Virus record (IMG/VR): IMGVR_UViG_3300032097_000029 | Location: 1 to 43,800 of that record | Length of the DNA: 43,800 bases | Strand: one strand, 5' to 3' | Source: a virus | Taxonomy: Duplodnaviria > Caudoviricetes | Shown: positions 43,569 through 43,800 of the stretch, piece by piece | How positions within the stretch are numbered: the stretch's first letter is position 1 | Layout: every line of letters starts with the position of its first letter | Notes under the pieces: generated by a model | The model's input: the letters and a program-made list of their open reading frames with translations, nothing else | The model's database searches: none | Told to the model about the DNA's origin: nothing | Made by a program: the position numbers and the translations under genes

Positions 43569-43800
43569 GCAGCGCATCATTGAACGGATGGCCGAAGCAC
43601 TATTGGTTGTCTCCCAGGCCCGGGTGTCACACCGGGCCAGCGAGACTGGAATGCCTCGCACCTCCGGCGAAATGCAACGCTGGATTCGGGCTGTGCTCAG
43701 TGATCCGGACGAGCAATTTGCCGTCATCATCTTGCCCCACTTGATCGCACGGCTGGATAGCTGTGCCAACGCTTCGAACAAGGAGGTTCGTCTTGGATAA
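43561..43800 (+). CDS. Hypothetical protein
   Basis: 79 aa, GGAGGG RBS, 8-bp overlap with the integrase. Confidence 0.6.
   Translation: MSEQRIIERMAEALLVVSQARVSHRASETGMPRTSGEMQRWIRAVLSDPDEQFAVIILPHLIARLDSCANASNKEVRLG

Larger units (their letters stand above)
41640..43800. mobile_element. Left edge of a second integrative element (continues beyond the window)
   Basis: RHH regulator, xis-like gene and integrase; visibly lower GC; boundary not determined. Confidence 0.75.

Overview
GC-rich, probably gammaproteobacterial chromosome (inferred from the tRNA-Val/thrS context). Host thrS lies at 1-1908 (-). An apparently complete ~39 kb prophage (about 2234-41457) is integrated in the 3' half of tRNA-Val(GAC), followed by the left edge of a second, unrelated integrative element (RHH regulator, xis-like gene, tyrosine integrase). 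The prophage is a mosaic with a lambda-like integrase, a primase-helicase with an iteron origin, a CII-type switch region, a terminase/portal/protease-capsid polyprotein head and a Mu-like contractile tail, but no Mu transposase. The most unusual signals are: (i) two homologous promoter + conserved leader + hairpin + RBS cassettes in front of the capsid gene and the distal tail genes, next to a Com-like zinc finger and with no recognisable Q/Ogr/Mu-C late regulator; (ii) xis and int in one uninterrupted reading frame; (iii) two extra tyrosine recombinases, one beside dif-like repeats at the likely packaging locus; (iv) a Mu-type -2 frameshift. All protein calls come from motif recognition and synteny only; no searches were run.
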